Of a stretch of 64,000 nucleotides of DNA, positions 25,313 to 37,114 are shown piece by piece. A program made the translations under genes and the position numbers. Below the pieces are notes generated by a model that was not told where the DNA came from, did not search any database, and saw only the letters and a program-made list of their open reading frames with translations. Where the stretch lies: assembly GCF_044704955.1 (NCBI RefSeq), contig NC_091985.1:147622001-147686000 (forward strand). The letters run 5' to 3'. Source of the DNA: Pristiophorus japonicus (taxonomy: Eukaryota). Positions within the stretch are counted from its first letter, which is position 1, and the number at the start of each line of letters is the position of its first letter.

Positions 25313-26214
25313 AAGGAGAGAAACTGTCTGAAGTCTATTCATTAGATAGTGCAACCTTAGGTCCCAGGCTTCTCCTTAGGAGACCAGTTACTAGTGATGT
25401 ATCGCTGGACATAGTTAAGCTAAACTAACAACTCCCACCGCATCCATATGTCCCAATATTTATAGGAACAAGAACTGCAAACCCTGAATACGCTTCAATA
25501 AGCCATAGTGGTCACCACACACCTTGTGCCATTTTTATCTATTTACTCTTACACTTGCATTGAACTAAAGGGGGCAGAGTGAGGAAATTCAGTGGCATCC
25601 AATTTGTACACCTATCTTCATATGGTGGAGTCCTCTCACCTCAGAGTCAGAAGGTGGTGGGTTTAAGCCCCACGTAATCTCAGCCGACAGTACTGAGTGT
25701 TCTGTTCTTTGGGTGCAACATTAAGCCAAGTGGCACTATTCAAAGAGGATTCAGTGAGATCTCCCAATGACCTGAGCAACATTCCTCCTTTTATCCACCA
25801 CCACCAAAAAACAATTAACTGGTCAATTGTCCCAACGCTCGAGACCCCTTGCTACGCACAAAATAGCTGCCGCATTTGTCCACATAACAAACTGTGCTTC
25901 AAAAATAATTAATTTTCCATAAAGCTGAGAGATACAATATAGCCCAAATAATAAATGCAAGTCATTGAATTTGCTGTCGTGGGATCTTGCCGTTCACAAT
26001 TTGCCTGCAAAACACTCGGGACCAAGCCTCAAAAGACTGGTGATTTGGGACATTCCATAGTCAGGATAAGGGCCTCTACAAAATGAAAGTCTCTCCCCCT
26101 CCACCTACCCCCCCAAAATGCAATTTGCCTTTAGGCCTATTGCACCTGAACTGCCAACTTTAGATCTCTTATGAAGTGGCCCTTAGTTCTCTGATCCTTC
26201 ACTCAGTCAAGAGT

Positions 26215-26632
26215 CCTACAATTCTATTATCCCTTTCCCCACCCAACATACACCACTTCTCATCACTCTGCATCGACCCACTCTGCAACCGATCCATGTT
26301 CTTCTGCAATCTCCCCGCATTTTACATGCCCCCTAATATAGCATCATCAAACTGTGAAGGAACAATGAGATTTGGGTGTCCCGGTACAACAATCACTAAA
26401 AGCTAGTGCACAGGTACAAAAAGCAATCAAAAAGCCCAAGGGAATGTTGGCTTTTCTCAAGGGGATTGGAATTCAATGGGAAGTTTTCCCTCAGGTTGTA
26501 TAGAACCTCGGTCCGACCCTATCTGGAGCACTGCACTTGGCTTTGGGCACAAAACCTCAGGAAGGATAGACTGAACTTGGAGGGGGTGCAGTGCAGATTC
26601 ACCAGAACTAAAAGTGTTAATTATGAAGGAAG
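26215..26632 (+). mobile_element. Degraded CR1 fragment with apparent inverted 5' part (26215-26352 on minus)
   Basis: Plus part encodes RTSVRPYLEHCTWLW; minus part resembles FADDTKLGG..RLQ..DRL..W. Confidence 0.5.
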
Positions 26633-26693
26633 GTTGTAGTCCTTCGGACTTAGAAGATTGTAGGAGTATCACTCCCATGCCGCCCCCCCCCAC

Positions 26694-26893
26694 NNNNNNN
26701 NNNNNNNNNNNNNNNNNNNNNNNNNNNNNNNNNNNNNNNNNNNNNNNNNNNNNNNNNNNNNNNNNNNNNNNNNNNNNNNNNNNNNNNNNNNNNNNNNNNN
26801 NNNNNNNNNNNNNNNNNNNNNNNNNNNNNNNNNNNNNNNNNNNNNNNNNNNNNNNNNNNNNNNNNNNNNNNNNNNNNNNNNNNNNNNNNNNNN
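26694..26893. other. Assembly gap (200 N)
   Basis: Run of N flanked by poly-C and G-rich tracts. Confidence 1.
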
Positions 26894-27035
26894 GGGGTGG
26901 GAGGGAATCGGAGGGGGGGGCGGGGGGAGTGGGGGGGAGACGGGGGGGGGCGGGCGGGGGGAAGTGGGGGGAAGGAGACGGGGGGGCGGGGGGGAGACGG
27001 GGGGGGACGAGGAGGAGGCGGGGGGGGGGGGGGGC
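26894..27035 (+). repeat. G-rich low-complexity tract with G-quadruplex potential
   Basis: Numerous runs of 3 or more G. Confidence 0.8.
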
Positions 27036-27159
27036 AGAAGGTTCGAAGGTTTTAACTACTACAATCTCCCACCAGCTCTCCCCCACCCCCTCACAACCCC
27101 AGGACCATCTCTCCCTCCCCCACCTCCTCCTCTCCCCACCCCACCCCAGACCACCTCAC

Positions 27160-27460
27160 CCATACCGTGAGCCCCACCTCCAGCCGCTCACCTTGCCACC
27201 GTCCTCCTCCGTGTGCTGCCTCTCCTGGTTGCTCGCCTCCAGCCGGCTTATGTCCCCCTCAGTCGGGCTGTCGGCGGGGCTGGGGCGGGCGGAGTCCTGC
27301 GCCGAGCTGCCGGCTCCCATCTCCAGGCTTGGGACTCTGGTCCTGCTCCAAATACCGACAGTGCAGCGCCCTGCCTCTGTCTCCGCGCGGAGCTCGCCTC
27401 TCCCGGCACCGCTCCGCAATCAGCCCGCAAACCCGCTCCACTCCGTCACACCTCCCAGCG
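27160..27460. promoter_or_regulatory. CpG island and probable promoter/first exon region
   Basis: High GC and dense CpG against a CpG-depleted background; GC boxes ggggcgggcgg at ~27282. Confidence 0.65.
27192..27320 (-). CDS. First coding exon (43 aa) of an N-myristoylated protein, AKAP12/gravin-like
   Basis: Strong Kozak gagATGG; MGAGSSAQDSARPSPADSPTEGDISRLEASNQERQHTEEDGGK then AAG|GTGAGC phase-0 donor. MGAGSS start and a phase-0 intron after Lys match my recollection of AKAP12. No downstream exon found in the window, so the identity is tentative. Confidence 0.6.
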
Positions 27461-27464
27461 ACAC

Positions 27465-27985
27465 TCCTCTCCCCTGGGTCAGACTGGACCTTCTCCCCTG
27501 GGTCAGGCTGGACCCTGTCCCCTGAGGGTCAGGCTGCACACACTCCCCTGGGTCAGGCTGCACACACTCCCCTGGGTCAGGATGTCCCTCTCCCCTGGGT
27601 CAGACTGCACACTGTCCCCTGGGTCAGGATGTCCCTCTCCCCTGGGTCAGGCTGGACACTGTCCCCTGAGGGTCAGACTGGACACTGTCCCCTGAGGGTC
27701 AGACTGGACACTGTCCCCTGAGGGTCAGACTGGACACTGTCCCCTTGGTCAGACTGCAGACTGCCCCCTGGATCAGACTGGACCTTCTCCCCTGGGTCAG
27801 ACTGCACACAGTCCCCTGGGTCAGACTGGACCCTCTCCCCTGGGGTCAGGCTGTCCCTCTCCCCCGAGGGTCAGACTGGACACAGTCCTCTGGGGTCAGG
27901 CTGTCCCTCTCCCCCGAGAGTCAGACTGGACACAGTCCCCTGGGGTCAGGCTGCACACTGTCCCTCTCCCCTGGGGTCAGGCTGG
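27465..27985. repeat. GC-rich minisatellite, ~22-25-bp unit
   Basis: About 20 copies of ccctg(a)gggtcag(a/g)ctggacactgtc and variants. Confidence 0.9.
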
Positions 27986-28559
27986 CTGTGACTCCTTTCT
28001 CTGTATATCTCCCTACCCGCTGAGTTAGGTTGTCCCTGGTTCCTCTCTGTCCTGGGTCAGGTTGTCTCCGCCCTGAGTGTGACTATTTACAGCCTCCAGC
28101 CTTCTCACTCCCTCTCCGGTCTGCACTCAAAACCCACAGACTGCTCTCTGCCGCTGTCCTCAATCTCCAGCCCCAACCCTGGCCCGGGCCAATGAGAGCA
28201 GCGCAAGGAGGGACCAACTCGGCGAATGGAAACGGCAGCCAACCGAGGTCCCCTGGGCCACAACCTACTTACTGTGAGAAGGAAGATGCACTCGAGTGAG
28301 CAGTGATTTATTGTAATATATACAGTGACTGTCTGCCATGCGGATTCACATTAACCTTGTTTGCAGAAGGACAGTGTTAACCCTAGCCTTGCCAACCATC
28401 TTCACTCAGACAGCCTGCCTTTAAACAGATTTAGTAACTGCGTCTAACACACAGAGCTGGCCCATATTCGTTGTACAAAGTGAAAACACACTGTGGGAAT
28501 AAAATACCCAATGATGGAGATTTTCTGTGGAATACACAAAGGAAGTTTGTAAAAAAAAA

Positions 28560-29430
28560 GTTCCATCTATATAGCACCTTTCAGGACATCTCAAAACGTT
28601 TTACCACCAATTAAGTGCTTTTTGAAGTGTAGTCACTGTTGTAATGTAGGAAATGCAGCCGCCAATTTGCACACAGCAAAATCCTACAACCATCAATGTG
28701 ATAGATAACCAGATCATCTGTTTCATCATCATAGGTAGTCCTTCGTATCGAGGATGACTTGCTTCCACACCCAAAGGGAATGAGTTCACACAGGTGTTTC
28801 AATGAAGGACTTAATATTCCAGGTACCGAACTATATATTGAAGGGTGGAAGATGCCAGTGCGTGGATTTTTTTAACCTGGGGTCACCGTTGCACACCAGC
28901 CACCACACGGGCTTGACAGAGCTGGTCTTGGTCCAGTGGCAAGGATTAACCAAGACGACTGGAGACCAGCTCTGCTGCACAGACCCAGTGCACACACATA
29001 TCGCAGTGTGGGCTAGCCCGTGCTGCCCCTGGGCCCTCGGCTCTTCTGGGCCCTGAACTCACGCCTCTCCTGGGCCCCGATCATGTCGCTCTGCAATCTC
29101 TCATCGCTCCTGCACATCGACCTCGCCGCTCCTGCTGTACCTGCCCACGCTCCAATCACCAACCTGGGTTATGGTGGCGTCCAATCCAGTCACCCTCTTC
29201 ACAGCTGTTGCTCTCCTGAGCCGGCTCGCTCTGTACCGTGCAGTGTTATGCTCCACCTGTTTGTGATGTTGGTTGATGCATAAATGTTGAGAACTGGTCA
29301 GAACTTCTCTGCTCGTCTTTGAAATAATGCTATGGGATTTTTTATGTCCACCCAAGAGGGCAGACGGAGCCTCAATTTAATATATTAGCCGAAATATGAC
29401 ACTTCCGACGGTGCAGCACTCCCTCAATAC
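28560..29430 (-). mobile_element. Deu-domain SINE split by a bipartite RTE-derived element
   Basis: SINE tail 28565-28723 and core 29257-29430 (gtgcagcactccctca) are contiguous once the insert is removed. Confidence 0.8.
28724..29256 (-). mobile_element. Longest copy of the bipartite RTE-derived element
   Basis: (cat)n tail, 5' UTR block, extended GC-rich 5' part; flanked by ctgttt direct repeat (28718-28723 and 29257-29262). Confidence 0.85.
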
Positions 29431-29719
29431 GATTGAGATAAAATATGAAACAAGGGAAAGCCATTTGGGCCTGATTCCATCGCAAAGTCCATGACAATGT
29501 GAATTGGTCTAACCCCCAAACTATTTAATCTGAAGTGCAGAAATTCAGATTAAATTTCTCGCAGCCATAAGTAGAAGGACCAAGTTTTCTAGACCACCCC
29601 CACCCTTTTACCTACTCCTTGCCACCTACTGTGCCCCAGTGAAGTTTGCATGGGCTTGCTAATTGAAGAGATGTTGGTACACTTTAGAAAACAGTTGAAT
29701 GAACAACATTGTGTTCATG

Positions 29720-30853
29720 GAAACATAGAAACATAGAAAATAGGTGCAGGAGTAGGCTATTCAGCCCTTCAAGCCTGCACCACCATTCAATATGATCATT
29801 GCTGATCATGCAACTTCAGTACCCCATTCCTGCTTTCTCTCATACCCCTTGATCCCTTTGGCCGTAAGGGTCACATCTAACTCTCTTTTGAATATACCTA
29901 ATGAACTGGCCTCAACAACTTTCTGTGGTAGAGAATTCCACAGGTTCACAATTCTCTGAGTGAAGAAGTTTCTCCTCATCTCGGTCCTAAATGGCTTACC
30001 CCTTATCCTTAGACTATGACCCCTGGTTCTGGGCTTCCCCAACATCGGGAACATTCTTCCTGCATCTAACCTGTCCAATCCCATCAGAATTTTATATGTT
30101 TCTATGAGATCCCCTCTCATTCTTCTAAATTCCAGTGAATATAAGCCTATTCGATCCAGTCTTTCTTCATATGTCAGTCCTGCCATCCCGGGAATCAGTC
30201 TGGTGAACCTTCGCTGCACTCCCTCAATAGCAAGAATGTCCTTCCTCAGATTAGGAGACCAAAACTGTACGCAATATTCAAGGTGTGGCCTCACCAAGGC
30301 CCTGTACAACTGCAGTAACACCTCCCTGCTCCTATACTCAAATCCTCTCGCTATGAAGGCCAACATGCTATTTGTCTTCTTCACGGCCTGCTGTACCTGC
30401 ATGCCAACTTTCAGTGACTGATGTACCATGACACCCAGGTCTCATGGCACCTCCCCTTTTCCTAATCTGTTACCATTCAGATAATATTCTGTCTTCGTGT
30501 TTTTGCCACCAAAGTGGATAACCTCACATTTATCCACATTATACTGCATCTGCCATGCATTTGCCCACTCACCTAACCTGTTCAAGTCACCCTGCAGCCT
30601 CTTAGCATCCTCCTCACAGCTCACACTGCCACCCAGCTTAGTGTCATCTGCAAACTTGGAGATACTACATTCAATTCCTTCGTCTAAATCATTAATGTAT
30701 ATTGTAAATAGCTGGGGTCCCAGTATTGAAACTTGCGGTACCCCACTAGTCACTGACTGCCATTCTGAAAAGGACCCGTTTATTCCTACTCTTTGCTTCC
30801 TGTCTGCCAATCAGTTCTCTATCCACGTCAATACATTACCCTCAATACCATGT
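29720..30853 (-). mobile_element. CR1 LINE, 5'-truncated, young family
   Basis: ORFs 29806-30429 and 30442-30810 (FADDTKLGG; LVRPHLEYCVQFW); tail gaaacatagaaacatagaaa. Confidence 0.95.
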
Positions 30854-31329
30854 GTTCAACCTTCCTTCGGGAGTGAACATCTCCATCAAACGTGACAGCA
30901 TCAACAATCATTTTTGATGCTATTGACTAGGCTATTGCTGAGGAATAGGAACAAGAAATCTTCCCTCAGGTACTCCTCCTTAGGTGTTGCAGTAAGAAGA
31001 CATTAGTTTATATCTGTGTTATCTCCTGTGAGGGAGAGTATTCAGTTCATTTGATACATCACAAGAGGCCAGCTTTGAATTAAGACCAGAGTGATATAAA
31101 CCTTCTTTCAGGTTAATTGAAAGTCTATTTTTATTTTTTATATAGGTTGCTTAATAAGTCCTTTCAAATTACAGCCTTTTACACTGTCTTGTAGAATATT
31201 CTCAAAGCTGCTTGTGCAGTAAGCTTGGTTTGCAAACCAAGAACATAATGAGAGCTTGGATAAAGGTCCCGCGCTATCCTAAAATTAACTGCCTTCCCCT
31301 CAATTATCTCTTCTAATGTTTTATCCAGA

Positions 31330-34300
31330 ACTTCAGATTGATCCATATTCAGTGTTTATCTTCCCTAATGTGATATTATTATCTAATTTTAATCTTATTC
31401 TCTATATGTCCAAATCAGTTATATACAGGAAAGGTACCAACCTAAATCTGTGGGGCATGCACTTAGTTATATGCAGTCCAAGAGACATCCATTTACTCCT
31501 ACCCTCTGCTTTCTATCTTCCAGCCAACCCTCTAATCTTATAAAGTCTCTCATGTGGCATTTTATCAAAAGCTTTTTGACAGTTCAAATGTACCACATTC
31601 ACGGTGTTCCCTTTATCTATACACTCAGTAAATTCCTCACCAAATTCAATTAAATTCATCATCATCATAGGCAGTCCCTCGAAATCGAGGAAGACTTGCT
31701 TCCACTCTAAAAGTGATTTCTCAGGTGACTGTACAGTCCAATACAGGAATTACATTCACAGGTGGGACAGACAGTCTTTGAAGGAAAGGGTGGGTGGGGC
31801 GTCTGGTTTGCCACATGCTCCTTCCACTGCCTGTGCTTGTTTTCTGTGTGCTCTCGGTGACGAGACTCGAGGTGCTCAATGCCCTCCCAGATGCTCTTCT
31901 TCCACTTAAGGCGGTCTTGGGCCAGGAATTCCCAGGTACCGGTGGGGATGTTGCAGTTTATGAAGGAGGCTTTGAGGGTGTCCTTGAAACGTTTCCTCTG
32001 CCCACTTGGGGCTCGCTTGCCGTGTAGGAGTTCCGAGTAGAGCGCTTGCTTTGGGAGTCTTGTGTCGGGCATGCGAACAATGTGGTCAGTGCTTCGATAC
32101 TGGGGATGTTGCTCTGATCGAGAACACTGACGTTTGTGCATCTATCCTCCCAGTGGATTTGCAGGATCCTGCGGAGGCAGCGCTGGTGGTACTTCTCCAG
32201 TGCTTTGAGATGTCTAATGAATATGGTCCACGTCTCTGAGACATCTAGGAGGATGGGTATCACTGCTGCCCTGTAGACCATAAGCTTGGTGCCAGATTTG
32301 AGGTCCTGGTCTTCAAACACTCTCTTCCTCAGGCAAGCAAAGGCTGCACTGACACACCGCAGGCGGTGTTGGACCTCGTCATCGATGTCTGCCCTTGCTG
32401 ATAGTAGGCTCTCGAGGTATGGAAAATGATCCATGTTGTCCAAGGCTGCGCCATGGGTTTTGATGACCGGGGACAGTGCTGTGTGGTAGGGTCAGGTTGG
32501 TGGAGGACCTTTATCTTACGGATGTTTAGTGTAAGGCCCATGCTTTCGTATGCCTCGGTGAAGATGTTGACGATGGCTTGGAGTTCGGCCTCTGAATGTG
32601 CGCAGACGCAAGCATCGTCCGCGTACTGTAGATCGATGATAGAGGATGGGATGACCTTGGATCTAGCCTGGAGTTGACGAAGGTTGAACAGGTTGTCATT
32701 GGTTCTATAGTTTAGTTCCACTCCAGCGGGGAGCTTGTTGAGATGGAGCATTGCAGCGAGGAAGAGCGAGAAGAGGGTTGGCGCGATGACACAGCCTTGC
32801 TTGATCCCAGTCCAGTCGTGAATTGGGTCTGTGGTGGATCCATTGGTCAGGATCACGGCTTGGATGTCTTTATGGAGCAGGCGGAGGATGGTGAGAAACG
32901 TTTGGGGACAGCCGAAACGGAGGAGGACGCTCCATAATCCCTCGCGGTTGACAGTGTCAAAGGCCTTTGTGAGGTCAAAGAAGGCTATGTACAAGGGTTG
33001 GTGCTGTTCCCTGCATTTCTCTTGTCATGTCCGTTGTACCCCTTAGTGGACGGAATCCGCATTGTTACTCTGGTTGAAGCTCTTCAGCCACAGGAGAAGA
33101 CGGTTGAGGAGGATTCTAGCGATGACTTTCCCAGTGGCTGACAGCAGGGAGATTTCTCTGTAGTTACTGTAGTCAGACTTGTCCCCTTTTTTGAAGATGG
33201 TCGCGATTATGGCATCTCTGAGATCTCCCGACATGCTCTCCTCCTTCCAGATAAGAGAGATGAGGTCATGCATTCGTGCCAATAGTGCTTCTCCGTCATA
33301 CTTTACTGCCTCGGCGGGGATTCCATCTGCTCCTGAAGCCTTGTTGTTCTTGAGCTGACAGATGGCCTTTTCTACCTCATGTAGGGCTGGGTTTTTGCTG
33401 AGATGGTGGCGGATAGCATGCTGCGTGATGGAGTCAAGGACATTCGTGTCAAAGGCAGAGTCGCAATTAAGAAGATCTTTGAAGTGCTCCCTGACTGCCT
33501 TGATGTCCTTAATGAGTGTCTCCCCATTCTTGGCCAGCAGTGGGGTGGGGCCTTGGGTGCTTGGATCCTCGCACATCATGGCTGTCGGCCAGCTGCTGGA
33601 TCTCCTGTGCTTTCTCCACCCAACATCTATTCTTTAGGTCACGGAAATTTTGTTGGACCTTGGCCTTCAGCCATTTGTAGAGCTGCTTTGCTGCTCCAGA
33701 ATTGGGTTGCTGCTTTAAGTTCAGAAATGCCTTACGCTTGTGGCTTATTAGCTCCTGGATCTCTTGGTCATTCTCGTCAAACCAGTCTTGGTGTTTCCTG
33801 GTTGAGTGACCGAGCGTCTCTTCACAGGCACTGGTTATGGTGGCCTGGAGGGCAGACCAAGCACTGTGGGCACTCTGTGTCTCGGGGTCATCGAGGGTCG
33901 CCAGGTTGCCAGTGAGGCATTGGTTGTATAGGGCTTTCTTAACTGGGTCTTTGAGTCTTTGAGTGCACCGGCGTTGATTTTCCTGTGGCATTGTTTCTGT
34001 TGCAGTCGCTGCTTTGGGGCTATATTGATGGAGATGACAGAGCGGATTAGGCGGTAGTCCGTCCAGCAGTCGTCAGCTCCTGTCATGGCATGGGTGATGC
34101 ACATGTCCTTGCGGTCCCTCGCTCAGACGATGACATAGTCCAGCAGGTGCCAGTGCTTGGAGCGAGGATGTTGCCACGATGCCTTGTACTTGTCCCTCTG
34201 ATGGAACAATGTGTTGGTGATGGCAAGGTCATGTTCTAGGCATTTTGTCAGGAGCAGGGTACTGCTGGAGTTGGTTTTCCCTACTCCCTCTCTGCCTATC

Positions 34301-35450
34301 ACGCCTCCCCAGAGGTCTGTGTCCTTACCGACTCTGGCATTGAAGTCGCCAAGGAGGATCAGTTTGTCGTCAGTAAGGACTCGGGACAGGAATTGTTCAA
34401 GGCTGGAGTCGAATTCCTCTTTGGCCTCATCTGTTGCATCAAGTGTTGGAGTGTACGCACTGAAAGCTGTGGCGCACTGGTTCCGGGATAGGGTGAACCA
34501 GAGAGTCATGAGACGTTCGTTTATCCCGTAGGGGGAGTCTCTGAGGCGGCCAAACCAGCTCGTTCTTGATGATGAAGCCAACTCCATGGAGGTGGCGTTC
34601 TTCTTCTGGTTAGCCTTTCCAGAAGAAGGTGTAACCAACATCTTGTTCTTTGAGTTAGCCTTCCCCTGCCCGCCGGGTCTTGCTTAGGGCGGCGATGTCG
34701 CCGTTGAAGTGTCTGAGTTCCCGGGCAACGCTAGCAGTGCGACGTTCCGGTCTGTCGCTGTTAGGGTTGTCCATGAGGGTCCTGATGTTCCAGATCACGA
34801 ACTTCATTTTGAAGGGGTGGAACATGCCTGTGCGTGAGTTCTTTTAACGAGGGTTAGCCATTGCACATGGGCTACCACATGGACTTAGCAGAGCAAGGTC
34901 TTGGTCCAGTGGCAAGGGGGTCCAAGATGACTGGAGACGAGGCCTAGTTGCCTACAGTGGGATGCGAGCCGTAAGCTCGGCGCTGAGCAGCACACTTTTG
35001 GCGAGATGGTGAGAGATCCAAGGTGTGGAAAATAGGGGTGAGAGATTTGAGGTAATGCTTCCCTCTCACAGGCATTAGCTCCTGAATGAGGACAGGCATT
35101 GGGATGGACAGCCATTGTGCACAATTAAATTAGACAAGTGTCAGCTGCCCTTTACGAAACTGTGTTGGCTGTCCTTGATTAACCCAAGCACACCTAAGTG
35201 TTCAGTACGTTACCCTAGAAGTATTCCTATTGGTGACATGAAGCGAACTGGTCTGCAGCTGTCGGACTTATCCCTTTGCCCATTTTGGATCAGGCATGTA
35301 ACATTTGCCACCCTTCAGCTCTTTGTTCTAATTCTTGTTTTGGAAAAAATGTGGAAATCTTGGTGGAGCACTGAGTTCTACTTCTTTACCCTGACAACTA
35401 TTAAATATGTGTAAAGCCCATAGGTTCAATCCGGTCCAATCTTTGAGAGC
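31330..35450 (-). mobile_element. Old CR1 RT fragment split by the full-length RTE
   Basis: Antisense CR1 (actcctaccctctgctttcta..tttatcaaaagcttttt) at 31330-31656 resumes at 35132 (ccctttacgaaactgtgttggctg). Confidence 0.55.
31657..35121 (-). mobile_element. Apparently full-length, decayed RTE-clade LINE (APE endonuclease + RT)
   Basis: ORF start MKFVIWNIRTLMD at 34807; ILLGDFNARVG and LLDYVIV (APE); FFDLTKAFDTV, KQGCVIAP, LQYADD (RT); (cat)n tail; 10-bp TSD caattaaatt at 31647-31656 and 35122-35131; many frameshifts. Confidence 0.93.
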
Positions 35451-35596
35451 TCTTCTAACACCTCTCTCTCTTGTGCCCCTGGACAGGAAATAAGAAAAAG
35501 CTTGTTGTATGATATGTGATCCTTCTCGCATTTCTAACTTCCAGAGTATCACTACTGAAACCTCTCTCTGTGCTGTCTCCCTCTTTCTATTTGGAC

Positions 35597-35746
35597 AATT
35601 CTACTGTAGTCAATCCACTGAACACGACTATTTTCCATCCTCTGAATAATACTATAATCAATCCTCTGAATATTACTATAATCAATCCTCTGAATACTAC
35701 AACAGCCAATCCTCTTAATATTACTAGTCAATCCTCTGAATATTAC
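35597..35746. repeat. Left edge of the 24-bp satellite array
   Basis: aatcctctgaatattactataatc units, cut by the Gypsy insertion. Confidence 0.9.
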
Positions 35747-36013
35747 TGTCATGTATTTAACTATCTTGCAATGACATAGTCATGTAACTGTAACTCAAGT
35801 ACACTGTACCTGTACCCTAGAAATGCACACCCTGACCACAGGGGGTGAACTTACGGGAGACACTCCTCACCTGGGTTTCCAGGTATAAAAGGGGAGGTCC
35901 CACCCAAGGTCCACACTCCTTGGTCCTGGCAATAAAGGTGAAGGTCACAGAGTGACCGTGTCTGATATATCCATGCCTCATGTGAGTTTGTAGTAAGGTG
36001 CAGGGACACTACA
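35747..36013 (+). repeat. 5' LTR
   Basis: tgtcatg...actaca; TATAAAA at ~35884, AATAAA at 35931; about 16 differences from the 3' LTR by manual count. Confidence 0.95.
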
Positions 36014-36015
36014 TT

Positions 36016-36025
36016 TGGCGACGAG
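36016..36025 (+). promoter_or_regulatory. Primer binding site complementary to the tRNA-Ser(GCU) 3' end
   Basis: TGGCGACGAG 2 nt after the 5' LTR; vertebrate tRNA-Ser(GCU) ends ..CTCGTCGCCA. Confidence 0.75.
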
Positions 36026-36050
36026 AAACGGGAATCACCGAACCACGAGG

Positions 36051-37114
36051 ATGGCCACTGGTGGCACAGAGGAACGTTACTGTGTGGGTGAGGACTGGGA
36101 CGATTCGTGGAAAGACTCCAGCAGAGCTTTGTCACAAAGGATTGGCTGGGAGCGGCAGCGGCTGACAAGCGGAGGGCGCATCTACTGACCAGCTGCGGAC
36201 CACAGACGTATGCGCTGGTGAAAGACCTGCTCGCACCCCAAAAGCCGGCGGACAAGTCTTTTGAAGAGCTCAGCCAGCTGATCAGTGAGCATCTCAAGCC
36301 GGTGAGTAGCGTACACATGGCCCGGCACCGGTTCTACTCTCACCGGCGTCGGGAGGGACAAAAAGTCTCGGACTTCGTGGCGGAACTGCGCCGCTTGGCC
36401 AGTCTCTGTAAGTTCTCCGATGCCTGCAGGGGGAGATGTTAAGTGACTTTTTCATTGAGGGCATTAATCATGCCGGCATTTTCAGGAAGCTCATAAAGAC
36501 TAAGGACCTGACTTTAGAAGGGACGGCGTTGATAGCTCAGACCTTTATGGCAGGGGAAGAGGAGACCAAGCTAATTTACGTGCGCAGCCCTGGTCCAAAT
36601 GTGGCGACGGACCAGGGAGTGAACATGGTGAACACGGCTCGGGACCCCGCAGGCAGGCAAGGGCATTTTGAAACTGCCCAGACAGCAACAGGCTGTAGGG
36701 TGGGCCCGCAACAAGGACAATGGAAAGGGGATCGGCAATTCACGCCATCTTGAGGAACAATACGTCCCGCGATGGGATAGATCATTAACACCCACCATCA
36801 GAGTGCTTAGAAACAGCCAAATGGACAATTAGAGATAAATGCCTGGTAATAGTCCTTTCGTTAACAGCAATCTCAATTTCAGCTCATGCTGGAGGTGCAG
36901 GGGTAGACACACTGTGAGAAGCTGCAGGTTCCAGCAATATACCTCTAGGATTTGTAATGTCAGTGGACACTTGGCCAGGATGTGCAAAAAGGCAGCAGCG
37001 AGGCTAATCTGTGAGACAGAGGAACCAGACGAGGGATCTGCAATGCAGGATGAGGCCTGGGGTGAAGCCATAGATGCTGAATTTCAGCGGGTTCATGTGG
37101 CTGACGTCTACAGC
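36051..37114 (+). pseudogene. Gypsy gag, frameshifted, with two zinc knuckles
   Basis: MATGGTEERYCVGEDW..; ARHRFYSHRRREGQKVSDFVAELRRLASLCKF; CWRCRGRH..C and RICNVSGHLARMC. Confidence 0.85.

Noticed and set aside
26457-27721. 160-303-aa ORFs across the gap, G tract and minisatellite
   Set aside because: They read through Ns and GC-rich low-complexity sequence. Only the 43-codon minus-strand exon has start and splice support.
35050-35121. HDV-like ribozyme at the RTE 5' end (cctg-tcctcatt-cagg resembles P3/L3)
   Set aside because: I could not build a 7-bp P1, the P1.1 GG or P2 by eye. It needs a motif search on the family consensus.
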